The notes: generated from the letters alone by a model not told the origin. DNA of 64,000 bases from Nitrosopumilus sp. (GCA_965204345.1 OZ241981.1:1824001-1888000); one strand, 5' to 3'. Positions 29,707 to 40,638 are shown, numbered from the stretch's first letter. Numbers and translations: made by a program.

Positions 29707-30814
29707 CATATCTGGCACCCTTTTTTTAATTCTGAGATGATCCAGTTAACAGTGCAATCAGATCCGAACAGTATGGCATAGAAGACAAAATGACCCTTGT
29801 GCCGGATTTTATAAAAATAAAAAATTTTGGGTGTTTTAACGAGGAATATCAGACAAATTTTGGAAAACCAAATGTCATAGCAGGCTCAAATAACTCTGAG
29901 AAAAGCACAATCCTCAAAGCGTCGCATCCGCATAAGCGTTAGGTCATCTAGCAGTATGCCCTAAGAAACCTAGAAAAACTCAAAAATTTTGCAAATAACG
30001 CATCTGACATTTATGTTATGTATCAAAAAATAAAAACAGATCAAGGAAAATCCAGAGATTGAAGAGTGGTTTAAAAAACTCAAAAAAGATTATCAAAGAC
30101 AGGGGTCGCATCCAGATAAACTAATTGATGAGGGGAACACTTGGAATGGTCAGACAATCAAGTTTGTTTTAAAATTTCTAGGAAAAAACGGACATTTGAT
30201 AAATGATAGAGTTTTTTCATTATTTTTGGATTTAATACTTGGACAAGCAGAAAAAAAATCAAATTTTGAGATGACCAGACATTTGGAAGGTTTTAATGAG
30301 CAGCACTGCTGATAAGAAATCACAATCAAGTGAACATCATACAAAGTCCATAAACCAAAGCGGTTTATTTCTACAGCTTTTGTGGTAAATGAATTAAAAA
30401 AACACAAAAAGTGGGATATACAGTAACAGATTGTCATCAGGGCATCACCTTTTTTTAGAAATCCTTGGAAACCTAGAAAAGTTGCACCCAGAGAGAACAA
30501 GCATCCGTCATATTCAGATGAATTGATAGCAAAACCCTCTAGTTTTGTAAGAAAAGCAAAGGAATCAAAGACTATACAACGACTAGCGAAACCTCTGTAG
30601 ATATGTTGCACAAAACTAGGTTTTAATCTCAGGCAAAATCACATAAAAAATATTTTTGATACGCAGGCCTAAAATAATCCCTCTACCGCAGAGATATATG
30701 GATGCTGATGATTATCGGAAAAGCCGTCTGATTTTATGATGACGATTATGAGTATTGAGGCATCCTTTTTTGAATAAACTTAAAAAATTTGTCAAACTGA
30801 CTATTTTTTAGACT

Positions 30815-31504
30815 ATGAAACTTGCTTCTCTTTTTTCAGGTGGAAAGGATAGCACGTATGCAATTTACAAGGCACAAAAGCAGGGACATGAAATATCCTG
30901 TATACTGAGCATGCTTCCAAAATCTGACGAAAGTCATTTGTTACATTATCCAAACATGCAATGGACAAAGTTACAGTGTGAATCTATGAATATTCCTCAA
31001 TTAAGCATTGGCTTGGATTCTGATAATTCTGATGATGAGCTGTCTTCTCTTGAAAAATTACTAGTCCGCGCCATGGATGAATTTGACATGGATGGCCTAG
31101 TCCATGGTGGGATAAAAAGCAAATTTCAAAAAGATAATTTTGAAAAAGTTTGTTCAAAATTGGACCTGATTGCATTTGCGCCATTATGGAATATGGATTC
31201 AGAGCAATACATGAACCAATTAGTTGATTCTAATTTTGATTTCATTGTTACTGCCGTCTCTTCTGCAGGACTGGATGATTCTTGGCTGGGAAAAAATGTT
31301 TCACAGTCTGATATCCCTTTGTTGAAATCTCTGTCTGAAAAATTCGGCTTTAATCTGAATTTTGAGGGAGGCGAGGCTGAAACTTTTGTAGTCAACTGCC
31401 CTCTTTTTACCAACTCGATCAAAATTAATCAATTCGAAAAAACATGGGATGGGTATAGGGGAAGGTTTCAAATAGTGGATGCGGAGTTAAATTACAATGC
31501 TTGA
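30815..31504 (+). CDS. dph6: Diphthine--ammonia ligase (Dph6 family)
   Basis: SLFSGGKDS PP-loop, FAPLW, EGGEAETFV. Confidence 0.9.
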   Translation: MKLASLFSGGKDSTYAIYKAQKQGHEISCILSMLPKSDESHLLHYPNMQWTKLQCESMNIPQLSIGLDSDNSDDELSSLEKLLVRAMDEFDMDGLVHGGIKSKFQKDNFEKVCSKLDLIAFAPLWNMDSEQYMNQLVDSNFDFIVTAVSSAGLDDSWLGKNVSQSDIPLLKSLSEKFGFNLNFEGGEAETFVVNCPLFTNSIKINQFEKTWDGYRGRFQIVDAELNYNA

Positions 31505-32822
31505 TGGCCTTAAGACTAGTTTGGGTGACGCAATCAAAAGAATTGTAAAATCTTCAGGCATAGATGACGAACTTATCAAGGATTTGTCTAAAGATGTACA
31601 GAGGGCATTGCTTCACTCTGATGTTGAGGCTAATCTTGTCTTTGAAATTACTAAACGTCTTACAGATCGCGCATTACACGAAACCCCTCCTCCCGGCCTC
31701 TCACGTAAGGATCATATTGTTAAGATTCTGTATGACGAACTCTCAAAATTACTTGGAACTGAATCTGAATTTGATTTTAAACCTGGCAGGCAAAATAAAA
31801 TTATTTTATTGGGTGTTCAGGGCAGTGGCAAAACTACTGTTGCATCAAAGCTTGCCAAATTCCTAACCCGTCAGGGATACAAAGTTGGGGTGGTCGGCGC
31901 TGATACTTATCGTCCGGGCGCACTAGTCCAACTTCGAACCATGTGTGAAAAATCCAATGTTGAAGTATACGGTGAAGAAAACAACAAAGATTCTCCTAAC
32001 ATTGTAAAAAATGGACTAAAACATTTTGCAGGACAGCCCCTAGATGTAATTTTAATTGATACTGCAGGTCGTCATAAAGAAGAAAAGGATTTACTTGAAG
32101 AAATGGACAAGATAAACAAAGTTACAGATCCTGATTTGGCTTTGCTTGTCATTGATGGCACCATTGGGCAACAGTGTTTTAGTCAAGCAGAAGCATTTCA
32201 CAAGACGATTCCTGTGGGCGGCGTGGTTGTCACTAAATTGGATAGCTCTGCTAACGGTGGGGGTGCACTTGCTGCATCAGCTGCTACTGGTGCACAAATA
32301 ATGTACATAGGAACCGGAGAACGAATTGATGATTTGGAAAAATTCTCTCCTACCAGATTTGTTGGGCGACTGCTTGGGATGGGTGATATTCAAGCTGTAT
32401 TGGATTTGGCCAAGCGTTTGGAAGATGAGGGTAATGATGTCCGAATGAAAAGAATTTCCAGTGGAAAAATGAACATGGATGATTTCTTTTATCAGTTAGA
32501 GGAAGTTACAAAGGTTGGTTCCTTACAAGGACTTCTTGATAGCATGCCTGGTCTTTCTGGAATGGTAAAAAATGATCAAGTAGATCAGCTGGAAGGCAGG
32601 GTCTCAAAATGGCGATACATCATTCAAAGTATGACTATCGCAGAAAAGGCAGATCCTAGCTTATTAGGATCATCTCGAGTTAAAAGAATAGCTCGTGGAT
32701 CTGGCTGGCCTGAAAGTGAAGTTAAAGAACTACTTAAAAATTACAAAAGTTCTAAGAACATGATGAAGGCCTCCAAAGGTCGTCAAATGCAAGGAACCCT
32801 TAGAAAAATGGGTTTGGGGTAA
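31497..32822 (+). CDS. srp54: Signal recognition particle 54 kDa protein
   Basis: [18 protein letters not shown], Met-rich M domain, RIARGSG. Confidence 0.97.
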   Translation: MLDGLKTSLGDAIKRIVKSSGIDDELIKDLSKDVQRALLHSDVEANLVFEITKRLTDRALHETPPPGLSRKDHIVKILYDELSKLLGTESEFDFKPGRQNKIILLGVQGSGKTTVASKLAKFLTRQGYKVGVVGADTYRPGALVQLRTMCEKSNVEVYGEENNKDSPNIVKNGLKHFAGQPLDVILIDTAGRHKEEKDLLEEMDKINKVTDPDLALLVIDGTIGQQCFSQAEAFHKTIPVGGVVVTKLDSSANGGGALAASAATGAQIMYIGTGERIDDLEKFSPTRFVGRLLGMGDIQAVLDLAKRLEDEGNDVRMKRISSGKMNMDDFFYQLEEVTKVGSLQGLLDSMPGLSGMVKNDQVDQLEGRVSKWRYIIQSMTIAEKADPSLLGSSRVKRIARGSGWPESEVKELLKNYKSSKNMMKASKGRQMQGTLRKMGLG

Positions 32823-32846
32823 TTTTTTCATACTTTTTAATCAAGC

Positions 32847-33989
32847 ATGTCTAGTTATTCACAGATTGTTCCTCTTGCAAATAAAATTAGCAAGAAATAT
32901 GACTTGTGTGATCATTGTCTGGGAAGATTGTTTTCAAAACAATTGCGCCTTTCATCAAACAGACTACTAGGCAAGAGATTAAAAAAAAGTATTTGTGCTA
33001 CCAAAAGGTGCTATATCTGTAAAAACCTGTTTGATAACCTAGGTTATTTCTTACAATTAATGCTTGATGCCTCGTATGGTTATTCCTTTTCTTCATTTGG
33101 TGTAGGTGCAATCATCAAACCCTCCATTGTTGATCGAGATGATCTTATCAGATCCCAATACAAACTCAAGGGCATTGATAGCATAAAGACTGACATTACT
33201 AAAGAACTGGGAAAATTATTTTCAAGGAAGACAAAAACAGTGCTTGATCATCTTGATTCTGAGATTACCTTTACTGTGAATTTCAAGGACGAATCATGCG
33301 AATTGCGCTCAAAGTCCATTACTATTTCGGGACGATATGTAAAAACACAACGCGGCTATCTGCAAAAACAAAAATCATGCGCTAATTGTTGGGGAAAGGG
33401 CTGCAGAATTTGTAACTTTCATGGCATTTCTGAATTTAACAGCGTTGAGGGAGTAATCTCTCAGTTTATCTTTAGCAAATTTGGAGGAACAACTGCCAAA
33501 TTTACCTGGATTGGTGGCGAAGATAAATCCAGTCTGGTTTTAGGACGTGGAAGACCGTTTTTTATCAAACTACAAAACCCTGTCAAAAGAAAAGCAAGAC
33601 TGTCTGATGCTGATTTTGCTCCAATAAAAATAACTAATTTAAAATTGGTTGCAGAATCCCCCAAAAGATCTCTATCCTTCATCTCCACTATACGCATAAA
33701 AATTTCTACAGAATCACAGCTTGATTCAGCATCTTTGAAAAAATTAAAGGATTTACCTATACATCCCACTATAGTTTATGATAAATCCGGTAAACGATCT
33801 GAGAAGAAAATTTTTGAGGTGCACTATAAGAGGAATTCGCCAAATCTTTTTACGTTAACTATTAGGGCTGAGGGAGGACTGCCTGTCAAAAAATTTGTAC
33901 AAAGTGACACTGTTGTTCCTGGAATCTCCCATATCCTTGGTGTTTCGTGCATGTGCCAGGAATTTGATTTTCTAGATGTTAAGGTGTAA
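32847..33989 (+). CDS. pus10: tRNA pseudouridine synthase Pus10 family
   Basis: N-terminal CDHCLGR and CYIC; GRYVK..R...Q; GGED...GRPF; AEGGL.VK.FV. Confidence 0.85.
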   Translation: MSSYSQIVPLANKISKKYDLCDHCLGRLFSKQLRLSSNRLLGKRLKKSICATKRCYICKNLFDNLGYFLQLMLDASYGYSFSSFGVGAIIKPSIVDRDDLIRSQYKLKGIDSIKTDITKELGKLFSRKTKTVLDHLDSEITFTVNFKDESCELRSKSITISGRYVKTQRGYLQKQKSCANCWGKGCRICNFHGISEFNSVEGVISQFIFSKFGGTTAKFTWIGGEDKSSLVLGRGRPFFIKLQNPVKRKARLSDADFAPIKITNLKLVAESPKRSLSFISTIRIKISTESQLDSASLKKLKDLPIHPTIVYDKSGKRSEKKIFEVHYKRNSPNLFTLTIRAEGGLPVKKFVQSDTVVPGISHILGVSCMCQEFDFLDVKV

Positions 33990-34026
33990 TGATAACAATT
34001 AACTAGCAGCAAATCCTGTCAATATC

Positions 34027-34119
34027 ATGCCAATGAGAAAAAAAGGTAAACATCAAAGACATGCTGATCAAAGAGCTGATACACGCAAAAAAAAGAAAGC
34101 CGGAAAACCACGTTCCTGA
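34027..34119 (+). CDS. Very small basic peptide (30 aa)
   Basis: MPMRKKGKHQRHADQRADTRKKKKAGKPRS fills the intergenic gap; not in ORF track. Confidence 0.45.
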   Translation: MPMRKKGKHQRHADQRADTRKKKKAGKPRS

Positions 34120-34158
34120 TCTAATCAACCTTTTTACATTCAAAATTATCGAGAGTTA

Positions 34159-34869
34159 GTGTTGGATCCCTTAGTACGTCTCAAGGATGCCCATTCTAAA
34201 GGAATTATTCCTGATGATGTTTTTGATTTGGCCATCAAGCGATTTCCCATCACTATTGCAGGAATCAATAGAATTGAAAAGGCATCCGGGATTCGGTATC
34301 CTGTAGCATATGTTGAACCTTCTCTTGTACTTTCCTCACCTAGCCCCAATTCGTATGAATTTGGAATTTTATTTGCAAGAACAATTCCTGTAGTGTTTGA
34401 AGAAAAGTTTCAGGTTGTAATTCAAATTTCTGCCCCCCTAATTGCATACGGACTCAAGGGTACCATCCATGCAATTTTGGCCCATGAGTTTTTACATTTT
34501 TTAGATTTGATGCGTAAAATATCAAAGATGGAGTTGGTATCTGATGAAATCTCTGGAAATTTATTTGAAAATGTGTACAGTGATGAAACTAGATTGTTTG
34601 AGCCTAGAGCAGTTTTCAAAGATCGTACGCTGTTAAATCACATCACAAAAAAATTCCCTGCAGGATTTCGTGATTTTAAGCTTGAAGACAAGGTTATGAA
34701 ATTTTGGGCCGATAGAAACCTTCCAAAATCTAACATATCTTTGGATGCTAATAATGTGAAATTATCTGCCGAATCCATCTCAAAAATTAAACTTGATCCT
34801 GCATTTGTTTCAAAGTTGGAGCAATTAAAAGTCAAAAGTTCCAAACTTCATAAAAAAAGACTCTACTAA
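34159..34869 (+). CDS. Hypothetical protein with HExxH motif
   Basis: ILAHEFLH, 236 aa. Confidence 0.75.
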   Translation: MLDPLVRLKDAHSKGIIPDDVFDLAIKRFPITIAGINRIEKASGIRYPVAYVEPSLVLSSPSPNSYEFGILFARTIPVVFEEKFQVVIQISAPLIAYGLKGTIHAILAHEFLHFLDLMRKISKMELVSDEISGNLFENVYSDETRLFEPRAVFKDRTLLNHITKKFPAGFRDFKLEDKVMKFWADRNLPKSNISLDANNVKLSAESISKIKLDPAFVSKLEQLKVKSSKLHKKRLY

Positions 34870-35263
34870 ACCTCATCAAAAATGAAAGTTTGTCTAAATG
34901 ACTTGAATCCTAATTTATGAAATGGTGGTGTTCATCGTCATCTTCTCTGATATGCCGAAACTTTTTCTGTACTCTGCAAAAAGCCACTTGGTTTCTTTAA
35001 AATTGGCATTCATGCCGATAAACGATGTGCCTTTATTGCATCCCAAAATGATGCTGATTCTTTTTTTAAGAAACTCAAAGAAACTGTCTCTTTATAATCT
35101 GCAATAGAATTATTTTCATATTTTTCTGTATATGACCCAAAACAGCTTCTGATTGAACTTGAACCAAAGCGCTCCAAACTAGATATGCATTGGGTTTTCA
35201 ATGCGTGATAATGTTTCCCACGAAAATGAAGATGACCGTTTTCTCTGAAATTATAAAATGATA

Positions 35264-35449
35264 CTATTGATTAAATTCTGTGAGTCCACATTTGCCACAG
35301 GTGTTTCTGTCTTTGTGCTGTGCCATAAAAGTCCCCTTTCCGCATCTGGAACAAACCTTTCTTGTTGCTGATGCCTTGTCTCCGTCTATTTTAAAATAAG
35401 ATGCGATACTGGGGCTGAAACCTTTCTTGCCCTTTTTTTCTACAGGCAT
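35264..35449 (-). CDS. rps27ae: 30S ribosomal protein S27ae
   Basis: CSRCG..FMAQH.DR.TCGKCG; follows S24e. Confidence 0.95.
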   Translation of the reverse strand: MPVEKKGKKGFSPSIASYFKIDGDKASATRKVCSRCGKGTFMAQHKDRNTCGKCGLTEFNQ

Positions 35450-35922
35450 TATTCAGCTTTCTCCTCTGCCTTTGATTCTTTAGCTGGTGCATCCTCTGCC
35501 TTTGATTCTTTAGCTGGTGCATCCTCTGCCTTTGATTCTTTAGCTGGTGCATCCTCTGCCTTTGATTCTTTAGCTGGTGCATCCTCATCTGCTGCTGCTG
35601 CTGCATCTTTTGCTGCTGCTTCTGCCTCTGCAAGTTTTGCCTTGGTTTTTTCTAATCTTGAAAATATTGTTGGATTGATGTGTTTCTTGGCCAATCCCTC
35701 ATCCTCATAAACAAAGAATGTGCCCGTAACATGAGACTTGCCTACATGAGTCTTTAGTCTCATTGGAATCACCACTTTGCCGTCTAGCTTGAATTCCTTT
35801 GTAACCATGTCTGTTGCTTCAATACTTTTGAGCTTGCCTCCCAGCCCTGCAAAATTGCAAGTCAGTTCCCTTCTAGATAAAAAGCCGTTATCTACGTCTG
35901 TAACTGTCTCAATAATGGACAT
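35449..35922 (-). CDS. rps24e: 30S ribosomal protein S24e with repetitive C-terminal tail
   Basis: NGFLSRREL, LKTHVG motifs; adjacent to S27ae. Confidence 0.9.
   Translation of the reverse strand: MSIIETVTDVDNGFLSRRELTCNFAGLGGKLKSIEATDMVTKEFKLDGKVVIPMRLKTHVGKSHVTGTFFVYEDEGLAKKHINPTIFSRLEKTKAKLAEAEAAAKDAAAAADEDAPAKESKAEDAPAKESKAEDAPAKESKAEDAPAKESKAEEKAE
35463..35586 (-). repeat. 30-bp tandem repeat x4 (EDAPAKESKA)
   Basis: tcctctgcctttgattctttagctggtgca repeated. Confidence 0.95.
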
Positions 35923-36004
35923 GTATCAAAAATCTCTGGATATTTCATATAAATCTTGATTGTAATTGCAGAAGAAATTTAAGAAATTCCTTCAAAACTA
36001 TCTC

Positions 36005-36565
36005 ATGGAACGTTATTTGCTACATTACAAAAATAATGGTTACTTTCCTCAAAACTGCAGGGAGCTTGCACACAAAGCACGAGATCTTGCATCTGAGATG
36101 AATGTCTCAGTTAGGCTTGCTAGGGTTGCTACCAAGTTTATCGAATTTGATGTAGCTGCAAAAAAGGAAGACATAGATGCCCTAGTTAAAACACTGTCCC
36201 CTATTGGGGATATTGACAATGTCAGACATGTAGTTGAGGAGCATATTGAGAAGGACAAGGGTGTTGAAGACGGAATATTTTATTTTAACAATGAGCGGTT
36301 TTGGGAATGTCACGAGGCCTTTGAAGGCGTTTGGAACCAGTGCTATGGCAGGGAAAAAGAACTTGTTCAGGGTATTATTCTAGTTGCAGTTGCATTTGCT
36401 CATCAACAAGAAAACGAAGAGCACATCGGTATTGGAATGTTGCGCAGGGCTCTGGAAAAACTGGGTTCTTCTCCTTCAACATATCATTCAATAGACATTG
36501 ATATGATTAGACAAAATGCCATTAATATGCAGCAAGCAAACAAGCTAACTAGATTTGAGATTTAA
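36005..36565 (+). CDS. DUF309 family protein
   Basis: FNNERFWECHEAFEGVW...QGII.VAVA..H. Confidence 0.85.
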   Translation: MERYLLHYKNNGYFPQNCRELAHKARDLASEMNVSVRLARVATKFIEFDVAAKKEDIDALVKTLSPIGDIDNVRHVVEEHIEKDKGVEDGIFYFNNERFWECHEAFEGVWNQCYGREKELVQGIILVAVAFAHQQENEEHIGIGMLRRALEKLGSSPSTYHSIDIDMIRQNAINMQQANKLTRFEI

Positions 36566-37835
36566 TCAACTCTAAGGATTTTGTAACCACTTCTGCGCCT
36601 TCTAGCAGTCCAATGCTTCCTTTCCTTGCCTGTTCTTCAGTCATTCTGGTTGTTCCGTCTTTTTTGATAAAATCTCCTGAGACTACAACCGGAACCGGAT
36701 CATCGCTGTGTCCCTTGTTGATGCATGGTGTTGAATGATCAGCGGAAATTATAATTGCAACCTTGCCTGAATCAACGTTCTCAACTAGCGTTTTAAAGAA
36801 TCTCTGATCAATTTCTTCTATGTTTTTCATTTTGCCTATTGCATCGCCATCATGACCAAACTCATCTGGTCCCTTGAGGTGAACATAGATTGCGTTTTGA
36901 GTCTCCATTGCCTTTGCTGCAACTCGTGCCTTTTCTTCATAATCTGTCAATCCTCCTGCCTCAAATGCCTTCATTTTTAGAACGTCTGAAATCCCGATTT
37001 CCACTGGCATATCTACTATGCATGAGAAATTCATGCCATACTTTTCGTTGATTGGTATGACGTCCGGATACCTGTTGCCTGCATCCCTTAGCAGAATACA
37101 GCTTAGCTGTTTCTTGTCTTGATCTTTTCTTTTTTTGTTAATCAGGCTGTCTTTCATAATTTTTATTGATTTTTCTGAAAACTCATTAATCAGGCTGGCA
37201 GTAAACTTTGAATCCTCCGTATTTTCTAACGGCAGGCATTTCTCAATTTTTAAGAAATCTCCGACAGCCTTTGCCACTCCCATTCCCCCGATGTTACTAT
37301 ATGCCGGGTCCGTATTGGTAATCCTTGAGGATAATCTCTGTGATTCTTTTCTAATTCTTACTGTCACCCTGTGCCCTATTGTTGGGGATACTGCCACTGA
37401 TACGTCAGGTGCTGACAATCTGATTTTTTCCTCAATCTCCTTTGCAATTCCGTCTGCATCCTCTTTTTCAATGTGTCTTCCCGCCCTTCTGTCTATTATT
37501 ACTTGCTCGTCATTTAGTGTCGAATAATTTCCTCTTAATGCCAAGTCTCCGTCCTTAAAATCAATTCCAATGCCTATTGCCTCAATTACTCCTCTGCCGA
37601 CATAATCTGCATGCTTGAATTTGTATCCCAGCATATTAAAAACAGCAATATCTGACTCTGGAGCAATGCCCCTTCCTACCGAAATCACTTCTCCTATCGC
37701 TCCATTACTTGCAATTTTGTCCAGAGTCGGGGTATTTGCAGCCTCCAATGGCGTCTTTCCATCCAAATCCGGATGTGGCAAATCCCCTACTCCGTCTAAG
37801 AGAACATAGACCATCCGAATATCTGAATTATCCAA
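36549..37835 (-). CDS. apgM: Cofactor-independent phosphoglycerate mutase (ApgM family)
   Basis: LDGVGD, TPLEAA.TP, PESD, HLKGPDEFGHDG, SADHSTP. Confidence 0.93.
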   Translation of the reverse strand: MDNSDIRMVYVLLDGVGDLPHPDLDGKTPLEAANTPTLDKIASNGAIGEVISVGRGIAPESDIAVFNMLGYKFKHADYVGRGVIEAIGIGIDFKDGDLALRGNYSTLNDEQVIIDRRAGRHIEKEDADGIAKEIEEKIRLSAPDVSVAVSPTIGHRVTVRIRKESQRLSSRITNTDPAYSNIGGMGVAKAVGDFLKIEKCLPLENTEDSKFTASLINEFSEKSIKIMKDSLINKKRKDQDKKQLSCILLRDAGNRYPDVIPINEKYGMNFSCIVDMPVEIGISDVLKMKAFEAGGLTDYEEKARVAAKAMETQNAIYVHLKGPDEFGHDGDAIGKMKNIEEIDQRFFKTLVENVDSGKVAIIISADHSTPCINKGHSDDPVPVVVSGDFIKKDGTTRMTEEQARKGSIGLLEGAEVVTKSLELIKSQI

Positions 37836-38061
37836 AATATTCCCTGTTTAGTGCAGATCCAATGCTCTCCTTTAAATCTTGCAACATTGTATGCGATCAA
37901 GATAAAATATCTTGCAAATTTGTTTTTGATGATACAAAAGACTGTTTTGATTAGCGTCGCAATCTTGTTTTTGTCTAAATTCCTCAAAGCTTTTTTTAAT
38001 ATTTTGCCTTCCCTTAGATCTTAGTAAACGTTTTAACATACATTTACCTCCATTAACCATT

Positions 38062-39081
38062 ATGGGGGATATGCGCAAGGATTATGTTTCTGAGCGTTTT
38101 ATGATTGTCTCAAAAAAGGGTGATAAAATTATTGATTCAAAGAAATCCCCCTTTGCCCCCGGCAATGAGGCAATGACTAATCCGTCTGTTTTGTCCCTTG
38201 TTGCAAAGGATGGAATGCTACAACGTCTCCAGGACAATGAAGACGAGTCATACGTCAAAGGCTGGGCCATTCGTGTCTTTGAAAGCAAAAATCCTATCGT
38301 CTCAATCAAGGCTGAAAATTCCTACAGTGACAAGCCATTTTACAGCGAACCTGCATATGGATACCATTACATCGTGGTTGCATCTCCTAACGAAAAGGAT
38401 GCTTTTGCAACTCTTGACACTGAGCAGTGGTCAAATGTTCTAGTGGTTGTTCAGGACAGATTAAGATGGCTTTATACACAAAAAGGCGTCACATATGTTT
38501 CAATTTACGGTGATCATGGTGATCTTGCAGGCAACACCAATCCCCACCCACACCTGAATCTGCTGACCTTTTCTACCATACCCCCAGTTATTGAAACAGA
38601 AGCCGAAGCATCCCACAAGATTTTGAATGAAAAAGGCGTCTGTCCCATGTGCCAAACCGTAAATGAAGAGATCGGCGGTCCTAGGCAGGTTCTTCAAACT
38701 GAAGGGTTTATTGCATTTTGTCCCTGGTCTCCTTCCTATCCTTACGAGTTTTGGATTTCTCCCAAAAAACATGCCACTAGCTTCTCAAAAATAACTCAAA
38801 AAGAAATCAATGACCTGTCTTTGATTTTACGCGCCACCTTGGGCGGCCTGTCCAAAACAATCAAAAACGTCTCATACAATCTGGTCTTTCATCTTTCCCC
38901 TGAAAAGAAAAACAGCCGGCAGATTCACTGGCATATTGAAATTTATCCTATCACAAAATCCTGGTCCGGATTGGAACGCGGGTATGGCATTTTTCTAAAT
39001 GACGTATCCCCAGAGCAGGCCGCAGAAAAACTTGGGGCTGCGTGCAGAAAGGAGCTGGCCAATCTTGTTGGAATAGTCTGA
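38062..39081 (+). CDS. galT: Galactose-1-phosphate uridylyltransferase family protein
   Basis: PFAPGNE, HPH, CPMC, HWHIEIYP. Confidence 0.85.
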   Translation: MGDMRKDYVSERFMIVSKKGDKIIDSKKSPFAPGNEAMTNPSVLSLVAKDGMLQRLQDNEDESYVKGWAIRVFESKNPIVSIKAENSYSDKPFYSEPAYGYHYIVVASPNEKDAFATLDTEQWSNVLVVVQDRLRWLYTQKGVTYVSIYGDHGDLAGNTNPHPHLNLLTFSTIPPVIETEAEASHKILNEKGVCPMCQTVNEEIGGPRQVLQTEGFIAFCPWSPSYPYEFWISPKKHATSFSKITQKEINDLSLILRATLGGLSKTIKNVSYNLVFHLSPEKKNSRQIHWHIEIYPITKSWSGLERGYGIFLNDVSPEQAAEKLGAACRKELANLVGIV

Positions 39082-39123
39082 TCTTTTGAATGGTTTATTT
39101 ATCAACCAAATTAGGTTTAGGTT

Positions 39124-39564
39124 ATGGCAGTAGAAAAATGGCTTGCAGTTACCAGCGTGGCATTATTTGCAATGTTTGCAGGCGAAATGATATCCATCTA
39201 TAACTTTATGATTGTCGTACCTGATGACTTTGAATTTGCAAGGTCTTTTTCTGCTGATCCCAAAATAATCCAGTTTGTTTCAATTGGAGTTGCACCTGCA
39301 GGCGTTTTAGCTGCCGTTGCCTTTATCATGTCAAGACAGTACGGCTCACGACAAATTGGAGGATTGATAATGATTGGCGGCGTGATATTGCTTGCAAGCA
39401 TGCTGGTCTGCTATACCATGTTGGATAAAATTGACGAGATTTACCTTACTGACTCTGTCAAATATGTTCCAATCCTGTTTATTGCGCTCTCTTTTGTCGT
39501 AGTTGGTGTTGGTGCCTTTTTGACAAAACAGAAAAAAAGGCGTCCAAAAAAAGAGTTCTTCTAG
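39124..39564 (+). CDS. Four-TM membrane protein
   Basis: Four hydrophobic helices, basic C-terminus. Confidence 0.8.
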   Translation: MAVEKWLAVTSVALFAMFAGEMISIYNFMIVVPDDFEFARSFSADPKIIQFVSIGVAPAGVLAAVAFIMSRQYGSRQIGGLIMIGGVILLASMLVCYTMLDKIDEIYLTDSVKYVPILFIALSFVVVGVGAFLTKQKKRRPKKEFF

Positions 39565-40001
39565 GCATTATCAAGTCTTAATTCACTGCCTGCTTTTTTA
39601 AATCCCAACTTTTCATAAAACGGCCTTGTGTCATCTGTGCAATCAAGAATTGTCTTGTAACAGCCCCCCCGGTCTCTTGAAATTTCTACTAGGTACTTCA
39701 TAATTTTTTCTCCGATTTTTTGTCCCTGACACTCCTTGCTGACTACAACATCCTCAATGTGTCCCACGGTCCCGCCATTATGGATAAATTTTGATTCTAT
39801 GATGAGTGTTGCAGACCCTACTATTTTTCCTTGCATTTCTGCAACTGCAATGATGTGGTCTGGATTTGCGCTAATCTTCTCAAATATCCTCTCTGCCTTG
39901 TCCCTGTCAATGTCACTTGCCTGTCTTAGCGAGTCCAGTGATTTTAAAAATCCATTCCAGAGATCCTCCTTTTTTAGTTCCCTGATGATTATCTCATTCA
40001 T
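39561..40001 (-). CDS. GNAT acetyltransferase, glucosamine-6-phosphate N-acetyltransferase (GNA1)-like
   Basis: ESKFIH, GHIEDVVV, QGQKIG, CYKTILDC, FYEKLGF. Confidence 0.9.
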   Translation of the reverse strand: MNEIIIRELKKEDLWNGFLKSLDSLRQASDIDRDKAERIFEKISANPDHIIAVAEMQGKIVGSATLIIESKFIHNGGTVGHIEDVVVSKECQGQKIGEKIMKYLVEISRDRGGCYKTILDCTDDTRPFYEKLGFKKAGSELRLDNA

Positions 40002-40141
40002 TTCTTTCCTCGTTTTTGAGTGTGTTCTTTGGGTGCTTTTTCATATGATCATTATTTCCCATGTCTGTAAATCTCTTTTTGTAATGAGACTGGCATCTGA
40101 TTTTTTATTAGTCTTTGCTAGTTTCTTCAATCTTGGCAGAG

Positions 40142-40417
40142 TCAGGCCCCGGGTTTTGATTTGTATTTTATTAGCAGTTCATTTGTAATCTCTCTTTTTT
40201 CATAAAGCTCATCTATCATGTCTTTTAGCATTTGTGAACCCTCGTATCGTGGCGACGGGCGTATCTTATCCTCGTTATCCCATAGCAATAACAACAGCTT
40301 GCAAACTTGCTCTACGGTGATTGCATTTCCAAGTAGTAAGGTAATTTTATCATGCAGTTGTTTTGTTCCTCTAACCCGTGTCGTATTCATAAATCCAATT
40401 TTTTCATTGGCTGCCAA
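40142..40417 (-). CDS. Hypothetical protein (may be frameshifted with 40387..40638)
   Basis: Overlapping same-strand ORFs; no recognisable motif. Confidence 0.4.
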   Translation of the reverse strand: MAANEKIGFMNTTRVRGTKQLHDKITLLLGNAITVEQVCKLLLLLWDNEDKIRPSPRYEGSQMLKDMIDELYEKREITNELLIKYKSKPGA

Positions 40418-40638
40418 AATATCATCAGCAGGATGCTGTGAAATTTTGGGTTTAGAAATGCAAATTTTCCAGATGACAGCATTATTTCTTTTTCAAGCAG
40501 CTCCGTTATTGCAGGTTCAAATAACTCTCGTGATGTGTCCATAGTTAGCTTTGCATGCAGTTTGGCTATTGAAATACCTGCTCCATTTTGTAATGCTGTC
40601 TGCAATTCCCGAACTGATTTTTTGCTGATTTCATCCAT
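40387..40638 (-). CDS. Hypothetical small protein
   Basis: 83-aa ORF with ATG start. Confidence 0.4.
   Translation of the reverse strand: MDEISKKSVRELQTALQNGAGISIAKLHAKLTMDTSRELFEPAITELLEKEIMLSSGKFAFLNPKFHSILLMIFWQPMKKLDL

Noticed and set aside
29710-30810. ORF 30150..30611 or a mobile-element remnant
   Set aside because: Only fragmentary frames and a short GTCGCATCC repeat; no recognisable motif.
34870-35260. Short ORFs 34922..35107 and 35010..35201 (also 37872..38078, 62114..62341)
   Set aside because: No motifs or clear strand choice; the last one runs into the CRISPR array.
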